A stretch of 64,000 nt of DNA, from assembly GCA_002269645.1 (NCBI GenBank), contig NIVC01000606.1, forward strand, positions 62,001 to 126,000, written 5' to 3'. The stretch comes from Macrostomum lignano. Taxonomy: Eukaryota. A program made the translations under genes and the position numbers. Position 1 is the first letter of the stretch. The number at the start of each line of letters is the position of its first letter. The notes under the pieces were generated by a model. That model worked only from the letters and a program-made list of their open reading frames with translations, was not told the DNA's origin and made no database searches. Shown here piece after piece: positions 25,434 through 37,140 of the stretch.

Positions 25434-26105
25434 CTGGAGACTGGCTACAGGGTCCATATGTGTATGCACTTTATGAGCACTATGGCATGTCCAAGCGAGA
25501 CATTGAGTTCCTATTTGTGGCCGGATTTGGTGCCAGCATGCTGTTTGGCACCATAGTTGGCTCCATCGCTGACAAGTATGGCCGTCGGAAAAACTGCATC
25601 ATCTATGGCATCGTCTATGGCCTGACCTGCATTACTAAACACTTCAATAACTTCTGGGTGCTGCTGATTGGCCGGTTGCTAGGCGGCACAGCAACTAGTA
25701 TACTGTGGAGCGGGTTCGAGTCCTGGCTAGTTCACGAGCATCATAGCAGAGGCTACAGCGAGCACCAATTAGAGGAGACATTTAATCTGGCCATCTTCTT
25801 CAACAGCATTGGCGCCATAGCCAGCGGTTTGGTGTCCCAGTACGCCGTGGACTGGTTCGGCTTCGTTGCCCCCTTCGACTGCGCCCTGCTGGTGCTGCTG
25901 GCCATGGCTGCCATCGCCTGGCTGCGCTGGCCAGAGAATTATGGCGACTCCGGTGCTCAACTCGGGGCCAACTTCGCTGCTGCATGGAATGCGGTGCGCA
26001 CTGACCGCAAAGTGCTCAGCTTGGGCATCACTCAGGCCATGTTCGAGGGCAGCATGTACTGCTTTGTGCTGGAGTGGACCCCGGCCTTGACTCCAGAGAA
26101 GCTCA
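25434..26105 (+). CDS. MFSD5: MFSD5 exon 2
   Basis: CACAG| AGDWLQGPYVYALY..ADKYGRRK..FESWLVHEH..FEGSMYCFVLEWTPAL; donor GTGAGT at 26106. Confidence 0.93.
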
Positions 26106-26249
26106 GTGAGTTGCGGCTGCGATGCCGTGTCGTGTTCGGTTGGTGCTAAAAATAAGCTCAGACAGAGCTGCCAAAATCCCATGTAGTTTAACAAAGTTCA
26201 GCTAGTTATGCAGAGAAGTTCAGGTATTACTGCAAAGAATTGCGGCAGG

Positions 26250-27145
26250 TGCTACAAAGAATCTCAGGTAGTTGCTGCAAAGAATCTCAGGTAGTTGCTG
26301 CAAAGAATCTCAGGTAGTTGCTGCAAATAATCTCAGGTAGTTGCTGCAAAGAATCTCAGGTAGTTGCTGCAAAGAATCTCAGGTAGTTGCTGCAAATAAT
26401 CTCAGGTAGTTGCTGCAAAGAATCTCAGGTAGTTGCTGCAAAGAATCTCAGGTAGTTGCTGCAAAGAATCTCAGGTATTTGCTGCAAAGAATCTCAGGTA
26501 GTTGCTGCAAAGAATCTCAGGTAGTTGCTGCAAAGAATCTCAGGTAGTTGCTGCAAAGAATCTCAGGTATTTGCTGCAAAGAATCTCAGGTAGTTGCTGC
26601 AAAGAATCTCAGGTATTTGCTGCAAAGAATCTCAGGTAGTTGCTGCAAAGAATCTCAGGTAGTTGCTGCAAAGAATCTCAGGTAGTTGCTGCAAAGAATC
26701 TCAGGTAGTTGCTGCAAAGAATCTCAGGTATTTGCTGCAAAGAATCTCAGGTAGTTGCTGCAAAGAATCTCAGGTAGTTGCTGCAAAGAATCTCAGGTAG
26801 TTGCTGCAAAGAATCTCAGGTAGATGCTGCAAAGAATCTCAGGTATTTGCTGCAAAGAATCTCAGGTAGTTGCTGCAAAGAATCTCAGGTAGTTGCTGCA
26901 AAGAATCTCAGGTAGTTGCTGCAAAGAATCTCAGGTAGTTGCTGCAAAGAATCTCAGGTAGTTGCTGCAAAGAATCTCAGGTAGTTGCTGCAAAGAATCT
27001 CAGGTAGTTGCTGCAAAGAATCTCATGTAGTTGCTGCAAAGAATCTCAGGTAGTTGCTGCAAAGAATCTCAGGTAGTTGCTGCAAAGAATCTCAGGTAGT
27101 TGCTGCAAAGAATCTCAGGTAGTTGCTGCAAAGAATCTCAGGTAG
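26250..27145. repeat. 23-bp minisatellite (GCTGCAAAGAATCTCAGGTAGTT), ~38 copies, MFSD5 intron 2
   Basis: Visible near-identical units. Confidence 0.97.
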
Positions 27146-27237
27146 AGCCGCATGAAAATTCGGGCAGTGCTACAAGAAAGTTCAGGCAGCGCCACAAATA
27201 AGTTCAGCTACAAAGAGAAGCTCTAAACCCTCCGCAG

Positions 27238-27537
27238 TGCCCTCCGTAGCGGCCGGCCATGCTGGCAGGATCCCGCACGGCTACATCTTCGCGGCCTACA
27301 TGGTGAGCATGATGATCGGCAGTCAGCTCTACAGCCTGTGCTCAGCCCAGGCCAGGCCCGAGAGCTTCATGCGCTGGGTGTTCGCCGTCAGCGCTCTGTG
27401 CTTCGCATTGCCGGCTTGGAAGAAAACCGACGCCCTGATCCCGGCCACCTTCGGCGGCTTCTTGGCGTTCGAGGCCTGCATTGGACTGTTCTGGCCGGCC
27501 ATTGGCACCATGCGGGGCCGCTACGTGCCGGATGCTA
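27238..27537 (+). CDS. MFSD5: MFSD5 exon 3
   Basis: CCGCAG| IPHGYIFAAYMVSMMIGS..FEACIGLFWPAIGTMRGRYVP; phase 1-1; donor GTGAGC. Confidence 0.92.
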
Positions 27538-27679
27538 GTGAGCCGGGGGCTCGGAGTGTTTTCAGCTTTTTTAGCACTCAATTCTCAGCTCCCAAACTCC
27601 GGAATTCCGGATAAGCAGGCGGCTACGCAAGCAAGGAAACGCAAAGCCTTCGACGATATCGTCCCCGCAACCAGCACTG

Positions 27680-28370
27680 AGGCAATTCTGCCCATTCTGC
27701 TGACTCCTGAGCACAATACAGGCGCGGTGTGAATGACACGACAAGCCCTCAGGTTAATTTTCGTGCACATCGAACCAAAGGTCGTGGGGCAATGGTCAGA
27801 CACGTTTGCCGCTGCTGTATATGGCGTAATTGGCGTTAATCCAAGAAATCTTTCTGGCCAGAAAATGTCAGCTCAAACGCATTCCAGCTTATCTGATAGA
27901 TTTTTCTCTCTAAGCCTTAATTAGTGAAGAACTCGCCCAGTTTCTATGGCTATGTAAAAGCAGATAAATTCTTATCTTGCTATTGCGTTTTAATGCGACA
28001 TTTTCATAGCTTTGAACTTTCAGACTCTGCTGCTATTGCTACGTGGAACAAGCAGTCACGCCATGATGAAAAAAATAAGAAAACAAGAAACATTTATATG
28101 CATAAAATTCAAATTTTCTAACTCGGTAGTGCATAAGAGTATAGGAGGAGGGACAGCCCAGGGGTATAGCAACACTGGTTCGATTCCATGCACGGTCCCA
28201 TTCATTCGGAGATGCACGAAAATTAGCTTGATGGCTTGTCGTGCGATTCCCGCCCATGGGGCCAACCCCCAAGGCACAGAGAGTGAACAAGCCTGACGAT
28301 TAGAAAGTCAGGGCTGCTGTACACCCTGTGTGAGTCTACTCAGAGGTCAGCGGAATAGGCATGAATGCTT
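27680..28370. repeat. Degenerate long inverted repeat in MFSD5 intron 3
   Basis: GAATGACACGACAAGCCCTCAGGTTAATTTTCGTGCAC (~27730) is inverted as TGCACGAAAATTAGCTTGATGGCTTGTCGTGCGATTC (~28215); weaker outer arm similarity. Confidence 0.6.
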
Positions 28371-28419
28371 GCACCTTCGCTGATTGCGAGCCCACTGCCA
28401 CCCCTTTGAAACAGCCACC

Positions 28420-29475
28420 CCACTCTCGCCCCTTTAAAACAACCACCTACTCCCGCTATTCAAAACAACCACCCCACTCCCGCTATTCAAAACAACCACC
28501 CACTCCCGCTATTCAAAACAACCACCCACTCCCGCTATATAAAACAACCACCCCACTCACTCCTTTTAAACAACCACCCTACTCTCGCTCTTTAAAACAA
28601 CCACCCCACTCACTCCTTTTAAACAGCCACCCCACTCTCGCTCTTTAAAACAACCACCCCACTCACTCCTTTTAAACAACCACCCCACTCACTCCTTTTA
28701 AACAACCACCCCACTCTCGCTCTTTAAAACAACCACCCCACTCACTCCTTTTAAACAACCACCCCACTCTCGCTCTTTAAAACAACCACCCCACTCACTC
28801 CTTTTAAACAACCACCCCACTCTCGCCTCTTTACAACAACTATCCCACTCCCGCTCTTTAAAACAGCCACCCCACTCACGCTCTTTAAAACAACCACCCA
28901 CTCTAACTCCTTTTAAACAACCACCCTACTCTCGCCCCTTTAAAACAGCCACCCCACTCTCGCTCTTTAAAACAACCACCACCCACTCGCTCTTTAAAAC
29001 AACCACCCCACTCTCACTCCTTTTAAACAACCACCCCACTCTCGCTATATAAAACAGCCACCCCACTCCCGCTATATAAAACAGCCACCCCACTCCCGCT
29101 ATATAAAACAGCCACGCCACTCCCGCTCTATAAAACAGCCACCTTACTCCCGCCCCTTTAAAACAGCCACCCCACTCTCTTTAAAAAAACCACCACCCAC
29201 TCTCGCTCTTTAAAATAGCCACCCTACTCTCGCTCTTAAAAACAACCACCACCCACTCTCGCTCTTTAAAATAGCCACCACACTCTCGCTCTTTAAAACA
29301 ACCAACCCACTCTCGCTCTTTAAAACAACCACCCCACTCTCACTCCTTTTAAACAACCACCCAACTCTCGCCCCTTTAATTAAACAGCCACCCCACTCCC
29401 GATATATAAAACAGCCACCCCACTCCCGCTATATAAAACAGCCACCCCACTCCCGCTCTGTAAAACAGCCACCCA
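28420..29475. repeat. ~30-33 bp minisatellite (TTAAAACAACCACCCCACTCTCGCTCT-like), MFSD5 intron 3
   Basis: Visible diverged units. Confidence 0.92.
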
Positions 29476-29518
29476 CTCTTATTCTCACCCTACTTTTATT
29501 TCTCTTTTTTTCTTTTAG

Positions 29519-29666
29519 CCCGAGCCACAGTCATGAACTTTTTTCGCGTACCGCTCAATCTGATTGTTGTGGTCATATTGACCCAGAACTTCCCGCTCGC
29601 TCTAATCTTCAAGTGCTGCACTGGTTTTATGTTTATTGCGTTTGTGACGCAAGTCTATCTGAATCG
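29519..29666 (+). CDS. MFSD5: MFSD5 exon 4
   Basis: TTTTAG| TRATVMNFFRVPLNLIVVVIL (MFSD5 MNFFRxPLN motif); phase 1-2; donor GTGAGT; not in the ORF track. Confidence 0.92.
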
Positions 29667-30425
29667 GTGAGTTGCGCTGTGCTGTTTTTTCATTGTGTTT
29701 TGATCCGTTTTACTAGCCTTTCGCCTCTTGTTGGTCGGGGGAGTGAACTAAGGTAGGCAGCTGCTGGTAGAGTGGGTGAAGCGGTTTTTTCTGCTAGAAA
29801 ACTTTTACTAGGATTTGCTCAAACGATAGCATGCAAACGCGGTGCATTGAGTTTTTCCATTTTTAAAGCATTATCCTTGCAACCGGAAGAGCCCAGACTA
29901 ATGACATTTACATACCGCTTTTCTCCTTCCAACTCAATCGATCCAAGCGCTCCTGGGATAAAAAAATTGCGCCTGTCGGTGGTCTGATTGACAGTAAAAA
30001 TACTCCATTCTGTGCGTTTTCTAAATCAAGTGCCGGTTTGGGCTATTTGAAAAGCTGAACTTACTGAATTATTGAACTCACTAAGCTGTCCAATGCACCT
30101 GGTCCGAGATTGCAGCTGCTGTGCTGTCTCTGGTGGCACTATTGTTTTCCCAATCACGTAGTTAAATAGTGTATCTTGCGGTGGCAGAGCAGCTCAGCGG
30201 GGTGCACGCCGTCTGACTCTTGCACCATTGTTAACTTTTCGGTGCGCGGCTTTCATTTGCGGATTCCAAGTTCTATGTTCTAGGATGAGAAAGTCCGGTC
30301 CGCTGTGCACCCTGTATGATCGTGTTCCTGGAGTAGTCTATTTCACGGGTGGCTTAGCAGTTCTCTTTTCAAATGTTTTCTGTTTTCAATTATTTTAACT
30401 TGCCCGCGCCTTTTTCTGTTCGCAG

Positions 30426-30585
30426 CATAACCAAATGCCAGGATTTGCTACATTTGAACGAGTTGCAAAAGCAGCAACAGCAGGAGCAGGAGGAGTGGCG
30501 CACATCTGTTCTCGATTCCCCAGCTGAATCTGAGTCTGCTGAGCAGGAATCAGAAAAATACTCATCTCCTGAGCTCGCAGCCTAA
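30426..30585 (+). CDS. MFSD5: MFSD5 exon 5 (acidic C-terminal tail)
   Basis: TTCGCAG| phase 2 matches exon 4; total CDS 1437 nt = 478 aa plus stop. Confidence 0.8.
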
Positions 30586-30727
30586 TGTGGACTCTACCTT
30601 TTTTGCCTTCTCTATTTGAAATTTGCTTCCAATTTCTTTTCTTTTGCAAAGCAAAATTGGATTCTTCTTGCCAAATATCGGAGATTGCGGTTGAGTCGTC
30701 GGAGTTAGCTTCATGATCAGTCCGTAT

Positions 30728-31178
30728 CACAGATACTAGAATAACTAGATAGGCCACTCAGCACATTCGCATGTAAGCTACTTTCTGTTCAGTAGTAATT
30801 TAACAGAGGCATTTTAATTTATTTTTTCAAGCCAATGCTCACTTATTAACTCTCACCCCTCCCAGCTTAAACCCTCCAACCAGCTCCTTTCCACACGACC
30901 CGCCCCGCCAGCCTCAATTTTTATTGGCTTTCTCGGAATTCCAGCCTAAAGCTGCCATGTACATTTCAGTGGACTGGCTAATGTACATTATTGCTGAACC
31001 AATTAGCAAGCTGTTTACCGCCCGCAAGCTTGGGCTTCTAAACTTATCAAAGTAATTTCAGCTGCCTTTATTTTTATAAAATAGCTTTTTTATTCTTCTT
31101 TGCTACTGAACTGAAAGTAGAAAGCTGTTTTTTAAATATATATGCCTGAGTGGCCATCTATTTATTTTAGAATCTGTG
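30728..31178 (+). mobile_element. Long-TIR MITE family, copy 1
   Basis: Imperfect TIR CACAGATACTAGAATAACTAGATAGGCCACTCAG...CTGAGTGGCCATCTATTTATTTTAGAATCTGTG; the body aligns with 60105-60536 and, inverted, with 57334-57748. Confidence 0.8.
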
Positions 31179-31719
31179 GTTCGAATCTTCGCACTTGTCT
31201 GCTGCTTATCAGGGATGCTAGAAAATGTACTTGGAGAGCTGTTGATTTCGACTTTTTAGTTTAACTGAGGAAAAGCTTTTGCAATGTTTTTTTAGTGAAA
31301 TGTTCTTGCTTTTAATTTTTAGCGTATTGATAATAAAAAATAATGATAATAATATAAAGAATAGTATTAACTTTTCATTTGTTTATGCAGAACGATTTTT
31401 TCCGTTAACTCGGTTTAACAAAAAATATTTTATTCGCTGTTATCCTTAATATTATTTTATCGGAATTTTGACTCGATAATTCGGCAAAGATACTTCGGGA
31501 ACTGAAGGATTATGTTTAATAAAAGTACTTATTACAATGTAAGTACTTGTTTGTACCCATTTTCTTAGTTCATTAATCAGTAATGTTTTGTAGGTTAAAT
31601 TGCTTAGCGGAAAAGAATTACATGTACGCTCGTAGGGGGTCTGTTTCTACTGCAAGTAGCGTCCTTTGCGCCTGCAACTTGTCTTAAATTTCTGGAATTT
31701 ATCAAGCATAATTTAAAAT

Positions 31720-31850
31720 TACACTACTACTACTACTGCCGATACTACTACTGCTACTACCCCACTGCTACTACTACTGCTACTATAACTACTGCTGCTG
31801 CTACTACTACTTTTTCTACTACTGCTACTATAACTACTACTACTCATTAC
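31720..31850. repeat. (CTA/CTG)n trinucleotide microsatellite
   Basis: Visible. Confidence 0.9.
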
Positions 31851-31852
31851 TC

Positions 31853-32142
31853 GGGTCCATGAGATTTGCCCGCAGTGCAATTTGCCCGCGAGCGAGTTGC
31901 CCGCCGAGGTTTGCCCGCAATGCTTTTTTACTGCAGATTTTGTCTGCATTGTCTTCCCAATGCTTATTACATGTAATACATCTTAGTAAAGAGATTTACA
32001 CGATCAAAACTTTTTGATAGTAACTGCATATCAAATGCATATTTTTTGGGGGGGCCGGGCAATGCAGACAATCTAGCTGTCAAATGCGCTGCAGTAAAAA
32101 AGCACTGCGGGCAATTCGTCTGCGGACATTTCTCGTGCTCCC
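31853..32142. mobile_element. Mutator (MULE)-type MITE
   Basis: G-starting imperfect TIR (GGGTCCATGAGATTTGCCCGCAG vs rc GGGAGCACGAGAAATGTCCGCAG); inner 26-bp inverted repeat TTGCCCGCARTGCTTTTTTACTGCAG; 9-bp TSD TCATTACTC/TCACTACTC. Confidence 0.8.
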
Positions 32143-32739
32143 TCACTACTCGGTAAATTTCAATTATCTTTACGGCTGAATATCACAGGTGTTGAGGCCA
32201 ATTGGCAAATCGTTTTAGCTCGTAGTTCTGTTGACAAGCCAGAGCTGGGGCTCGAATCGTTTATTTTATTGCATGCCGGATGTGATTTACGGGCAGGTGG
32301 CGCCGCGTGTTTAGCTCAAAATCGGATTATTTTCCCAATAAATACATGTCTGCAAGGTAACTTTAGTCTTTGTTCAAGCCTAATGACCTGGTAGATAAGC
32401 AATTATTTTCTCTGTCTGGCCTGGCTCTGCTCAATGAAGTTGAGCAAATCTGCTGAGCAATTAGTCCTGTGTGCATTCGCTTCATTTATTTCATCCTTGG
32501 CTCACTTTGCGCTCAGGCGGACAAGTACATGTAATAAGCCTGCCATTTATAGAATGTTAGCCAGCTAATTAGCTGCTCGATTCAATGCAAACAGTTCGAT
32601 ACAGGAAGATCCACACACAAGCAGTGCCGTTTTCTATGGGAAGCACTCTTTATAGTCTTGATTTAGGGATTTGTTTCTTATAGTCTGTTTTACAGTCATT
32701 TTTACTGTTTTTTCTACAGTCTTTTCTACAATCCGTTTT

Positions 32740-33440
32740 AGACTCTTTTCTACAGTCTCTGTAGTCTGTTTTACAGTCTGTTCTACAGTCTGTTCTGGAG
32801 TCTGTTCTACAGTCTGTTCTGGAGTCTGTTCTAGAGTCTGTTCTACAGTCTGTTCTACAGTCTGTTCTTCAGTCTGTTCTACAGTCTGTTCTACAGTCTG
32901 TTCTACAGTCTGTTCTACAGTCTGTTCTTCAGTCTGTTCTACAGTCTGTTCTAGAGTCTGTTCTACAGTCTGTTCTACAGTCTGTTCTTCAGTCTGTTCT
33001 TCAGTCTGTTCTACAGTCTGTTCTACAGTCTGTTCTTTAGTCTGTTCTAGAGTCTGTTCTACAGTCTGTTCTACAGTCTGTTCTACAGTCTGTTCTTCAG
33101 TCTGTTCTACAGTCTGTTCTACAGTCTGTTCTACAGTCTGTTCTTCAATCTGTTCTACAGTCTGTTTTACAGTCTGTTCTTCAATCTGTTCTACAGTTCT
33201 ACAGTGTGTTCTACAGTCTGTTCTACAGTCTGTTCTACAGTCTGTTCTACGGTCTGTTCTAGAGTCTGTTCTAGAGTCTGTTCTACAGTCTGTTCTACAG
33301 TGTGTTCTACAGTCTGTTCTTCAGTCTGTTCTACAGTCTGTTCTACGGTCTGTTCTACAGTCTGTTCTACAGTCTTTTCTAGAGTCTGTTCTACAGTCTG
33401 TTCTTCAGTCTGTTCTACAGTCTGTTCTACAGTCTTCCAC
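32740..33440. repeat. 12-bp minisatellite (CTACAGTCTGTT) upstream of the GPCR start
   Basis: Visible; produces the spurious VCST/VLQS ORFs. Confidence 0.96.
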
Positions 33441-33736
33441 ATAGTGTAATCTTTTCTACAGTCTAACTCTAACTGGACGGGCCCGGTCGCTTTAATTCTT
33501 CTCTCTCTGCAGTTATTGCTTAAAATGAGCTGATTTTCGGCCAATCGCAAGCCAAGCCCAGCTGCCGCATCCAGACAGACCGAGCCAATCAAAGTGTTTG
33601 TCGGGTGACAAGTACGGGCCAGACTTTAGTTGCTTCGAATGTTAAGTGCAGAATGCGGCAGCCTGTGAGTTCTGCTCTGCGTCGCCATTTCTCGGGAGTT
33701 TCAGATTTCACAAGAGACTAGCTTCCATTGAAACCG

Positions 33737-34054
33737 ATGGCGGAGTTCAGAGAGGCTCGGAAGCTGAGCTTCTACATGTTCGGCTGCGCGGGCACAGCCA
33801 TCTGCTGCCTGGGCGTGCTGGCCAACTGCCTCTCCCTGGTAGTGCTGTCTAAAAAGTCCATGCGGAGCAGCAGCACCAATCTGTACCTGATGGCCCTGTC
33901 GGTGGCCGACACCATGGTGCTGCTCATGTCGCTGCTCACCTTCCTGAAGGACACTCGCCCGGAATTTGATCAGCCCGAGTACCTGGTCTGGCGGGACTCG
34001 ACCTGGCTGCCGCATGTCTATATTTATTCGCACGCGTTGAACCTTATGTTTCAG
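33737..34054 (+). CDS. Rhodopsin-class peptide GPCR (FMRFamide/myosuppressin-receptor-like), exon 1 (TM1-TM3 start)
   Basis: In-frame stop upstream of ATG 33737; GVLANCLSLVVL (TM1), STNLYLMALSVADT (TM2); CAG|GTGCGA phase-0 donor. Confidence 0.9.
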
Positions 34055-34084
34055 GTGCGAATTTGGGCCTGGTTTGCAGCGTTT

Positions 34085-34260
34085 CAGTGCAGTTTATGGT
34101 CTGGTTTACTGTCTGACTTGTCTGGTTTACAGGTTGGTTTATAGTCTGGTTTACTGTCTGACTGTCTGGTTCACAGGGGTTTATGGTCTGGCTTACTGTC
34201 TGACTGTCTGGTTTACAAGTTGGTTTATGGTCTGGTTTACTGCTTTGTTTACAGTCTGGT
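34085..34260. repeat. Diverged TCTGGTTTAC-based repeat
   Basis: Visible short units at the start of the GPCR intron. Confidence 0.7.
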
Positions 34261-34274
34261 AATAAAGTCATAAA

Positions 34275-34915
34275 GGCCCCCTAAGAGACAGGGGCTGCCC
34301 ACCAAGAGACAGGGGTGCCCACCAAGAGACAGGGGCTGCCCACCAAGAGACGGGTTGCCCACCAAGAGACAGGGGCTGCCCACCAAAAGACAGTGGCGCC
34401 CTCCAAGAGACAGGGGTGCCCACCAAGAGACGGGTTGCCCACCAAGAGACAGGGGCTGCCCACCAAAAGACAGTGGCGCCCTCCAAGAGACAGGGGTGCC
34501 CACCAAGAGACAGGGCGCCCACCAAGATACAGGGGCGCCCTCCATGAGACAGGGGCGCCCACCATGAGACAGTGGCGCTCTCCAAGAGACAGGGGCGCCC
34601 ACCATGAGACAGGGGCGCCCACCATGAGACAGTGGCGCCCTCCAAGAGATAGGGGCGCCCACCAAGAGACAGGGGCGCCCACCATGAGACAAGGGCGCCC
34701 ACCATGAGACAGGGGTGCCCACCAAGAGACAGTGGCGCCCTCCAAGAGACAGGGGCGCCTACCAAGAGACAGTGGCGCCCACCATGAGACAGTGGCGCCC
34801 ACCATGAGACAGGGGTGCTCACCAAGAGACAGGGGCGCCCACCATGAGACAGTGGCGCCCTCCAAGAGACAGGGGCGCTCACCATGAGACAGTGGCGCCC
34901 TCCAAGAGACAGGCT
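34275..34915. repeat. 20-bp minisatellite (CCACCAAGAGACAGGGGCGC)
   Basis: Visible units; same family as 52635-52920. Confidence 0.95.
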
Positions 34916-35469
34916 TTTATGCTGGTGAAAATAAGTTATTTTACCATTCAGTTGGAAAATAATAGCCACTTTTTCCTATAATTAATAAAATTATTGAGTC
35001 TACAGTCTACCCTCGGGCATCAAGGCTATAAAACTTTGATGTGTACTTTCCACTATGACTGATGATGGGCTAGTCTCATCAGCTCAGACCAAGAATTTTT
35101 TATCCATTTGTCTCCGAGAAAATTGCATTATTTTTATTGCAAAGCCACTTCGTGACTGAAACTATAACTAAATTTGGAATCGGGATTTTGCAATCCTAGC
35201 AAAAAGAAACTGCATGGTTCCCCTTGGCTACCGGCCTTTCGTATCTCCATCCCATTTCAGTATCGCCCCAGCTTTCAGCTTCTTTCTCTGTGTGTGTTCT
35301 CTGCACCAGTCTCTCTGTGCATGCTCTATCTGATAATGTCCCTCTGAATCGCTTCCACTTTTTATAGCTATTTCACTTCCTTTTTTACTTGTGTGTACCA
35401 CCGTCTTATGGGCCATCTGTCTGTGAGTAGTTCCATCTCACTTCATCGCCGTTCTTTCTCTTTTCCCTC

Positions 35470-36030
35470 TTCCTTCCCTTTTCCCTCTCTCCCTCTCTCC
35501 CTGTCTCCCTGTCTCCCTCTCTCCCTCTCTCCCTCTCACCCTCTCTCCCTCTCTCCCTGTCTCCCTGTCTCCCTCTCTCCCTCTCTCCCTGTCTCCCTGT
35601 CTCCCTCTCTCCCTCTCTCCCTCTCACCCTCTCTCCCTCTCTCCCTGTCTCCCTGTCTCCCTCTCTCCCTCTCTCCCTCTCTCCCTGTCTCCCTGTCTCC
35701 CTCTCTCCCTCTCTCCCTCTCACCCTCTCTCCCTCTCTCCCTGTCTCCCTCACTCCCTCTCTCCCTGTCTCCCTCACTCCCTCTCTCCCTCTCTCCCTCT
35801 CTCTCTCTCCCTCTCTCTCTCTCTCCCTCTCTCCCTCTCTCCCTCTCTCCCTCTCACCCTCTCACCCTCTCTCCCTCTCTCCCTCTCTCCCTCTCTCCCT
35901 CTCACTCTCTCTCCTCTCACCTTTTCTCCCTCTCTCCCTCTCTCCCTCTCTCCCTCTCTCCCTCTCTCCCTCTCTCCCTCTCTCCCTCTCACCCTCTCTC
36001 CCTCTCTCCCTCTCTCCCTCTCTCCCTCTA
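35470..36030. repeat. CT-rich (CTCTCTCC)n simple repeat
   Basis: Visible. Confidence 0.95.
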
Positions 36031-36749
36031 TCTCTCTTTCCAGCGCTCTTCCCATGCATTCAGAGCCTCAGTACAAAGTGTCAGTAAAAGTAAAAAATCC
36101 CGTGCATGCAAAAAAGAGTTTCCCGATCCCCAGTGGTTGACGCTAAGATCCTCAACCGACCTTCGCTCAGCTCTAATCCGAGTTAAGCGAATATTAAGGA
36201 TTAAAGCAGGAATAAAATGGATTATAATATTTATTAACCCATAAAGTTTCATAAGCAAGCTTTTTTATCGAAGTTTTTTTCTTCCCAGAACTCGTTGAAA
36301 AAGATTTCCCCCGGGGAGTAAGTCGAAAATATGGCCAAAATTCGAGCCTCTAACGAATCTCCTGGGAGCAGAAGTTCTCTCTCTCTCTCTCTCTTTGGCG
36401 AAAGAAGCAGATTTTTTTAGTCTCGCGCAAATGCTTGCAATGAATTCTTTTGTTTTTTACTCCCGCCGCAGTTCTAAATAGATATATGCTCGCATATGGA
36501 ATTGCAATAAAGCTGGCTCTGTGACACCGGATATGAGAGCGGGACGGTAGCTAATAGGGCTGCTCAAAAATAAAGAAGGTTGACGGTTGACGGTGGAAGC
36601 CCAAATCACTGGTGCCACAATGTCTTGACATTGCTGCTGTTTGGTGCTAGCTGTTTGGCCGAATTTTTGTTAATAAGGAGCAGAATTAATTTTATTAGAT
36701 TTCTGGGTAATTCTTCGGCTTTTTGAACGCCCGACTGGCTGTAGAAATA

Positions 36750-37140
36750 GTCTCTCTATGGCCGAACCACCCTGCTGGCCTCACTTCTGAGTCATTCATT
36801 CCACACTGCACATAATAAACTGTCTATGGCTGAAACCCCCTGGCCTCACTTCTGAGTCATTCATTCCACACTGCACATAATAAACTGTCTATGGCTGAAA
36901 CCCCCTGGCCTCACTTCTGAGTCATTCATTCCACACTGCACATAATAAACTGTCTATGGCTGAAACCCCCTGGTTTCACTTCTAATTCGTTCATTCCACA
37001 CTGCAAATAATAAACTGTCTATGGCCAAAGCTCCTGGCCTCACTCTACGTCATTCATTAATCATTACACACTGCAGTAGAGAGCGACTGTCTATGGTCTC
37101 ATCATAAAGTCAATCCCAGTGCACAGACAAACTGTCTATG
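36750..37140. repeat. 65-bp tandem repeat, ~4-5 copies
   Basis: TCACTTCTGA recurs at 36781, 36846 and 36911; later copies are diverged. Confidence 0.9.

Noticed and set aside
19421-27145. Regular 22-24 bp repeats as possible CRISPR arrays
   Set aside because: Units are head-to-tail with no unique spacers, there are no cas genes, and the context is eukaryotic.
35001-35230. TACAGTCTACCCTCG resembling a Tc1/pogo terminus
   Set aside because: No partner inverted end located in the window.
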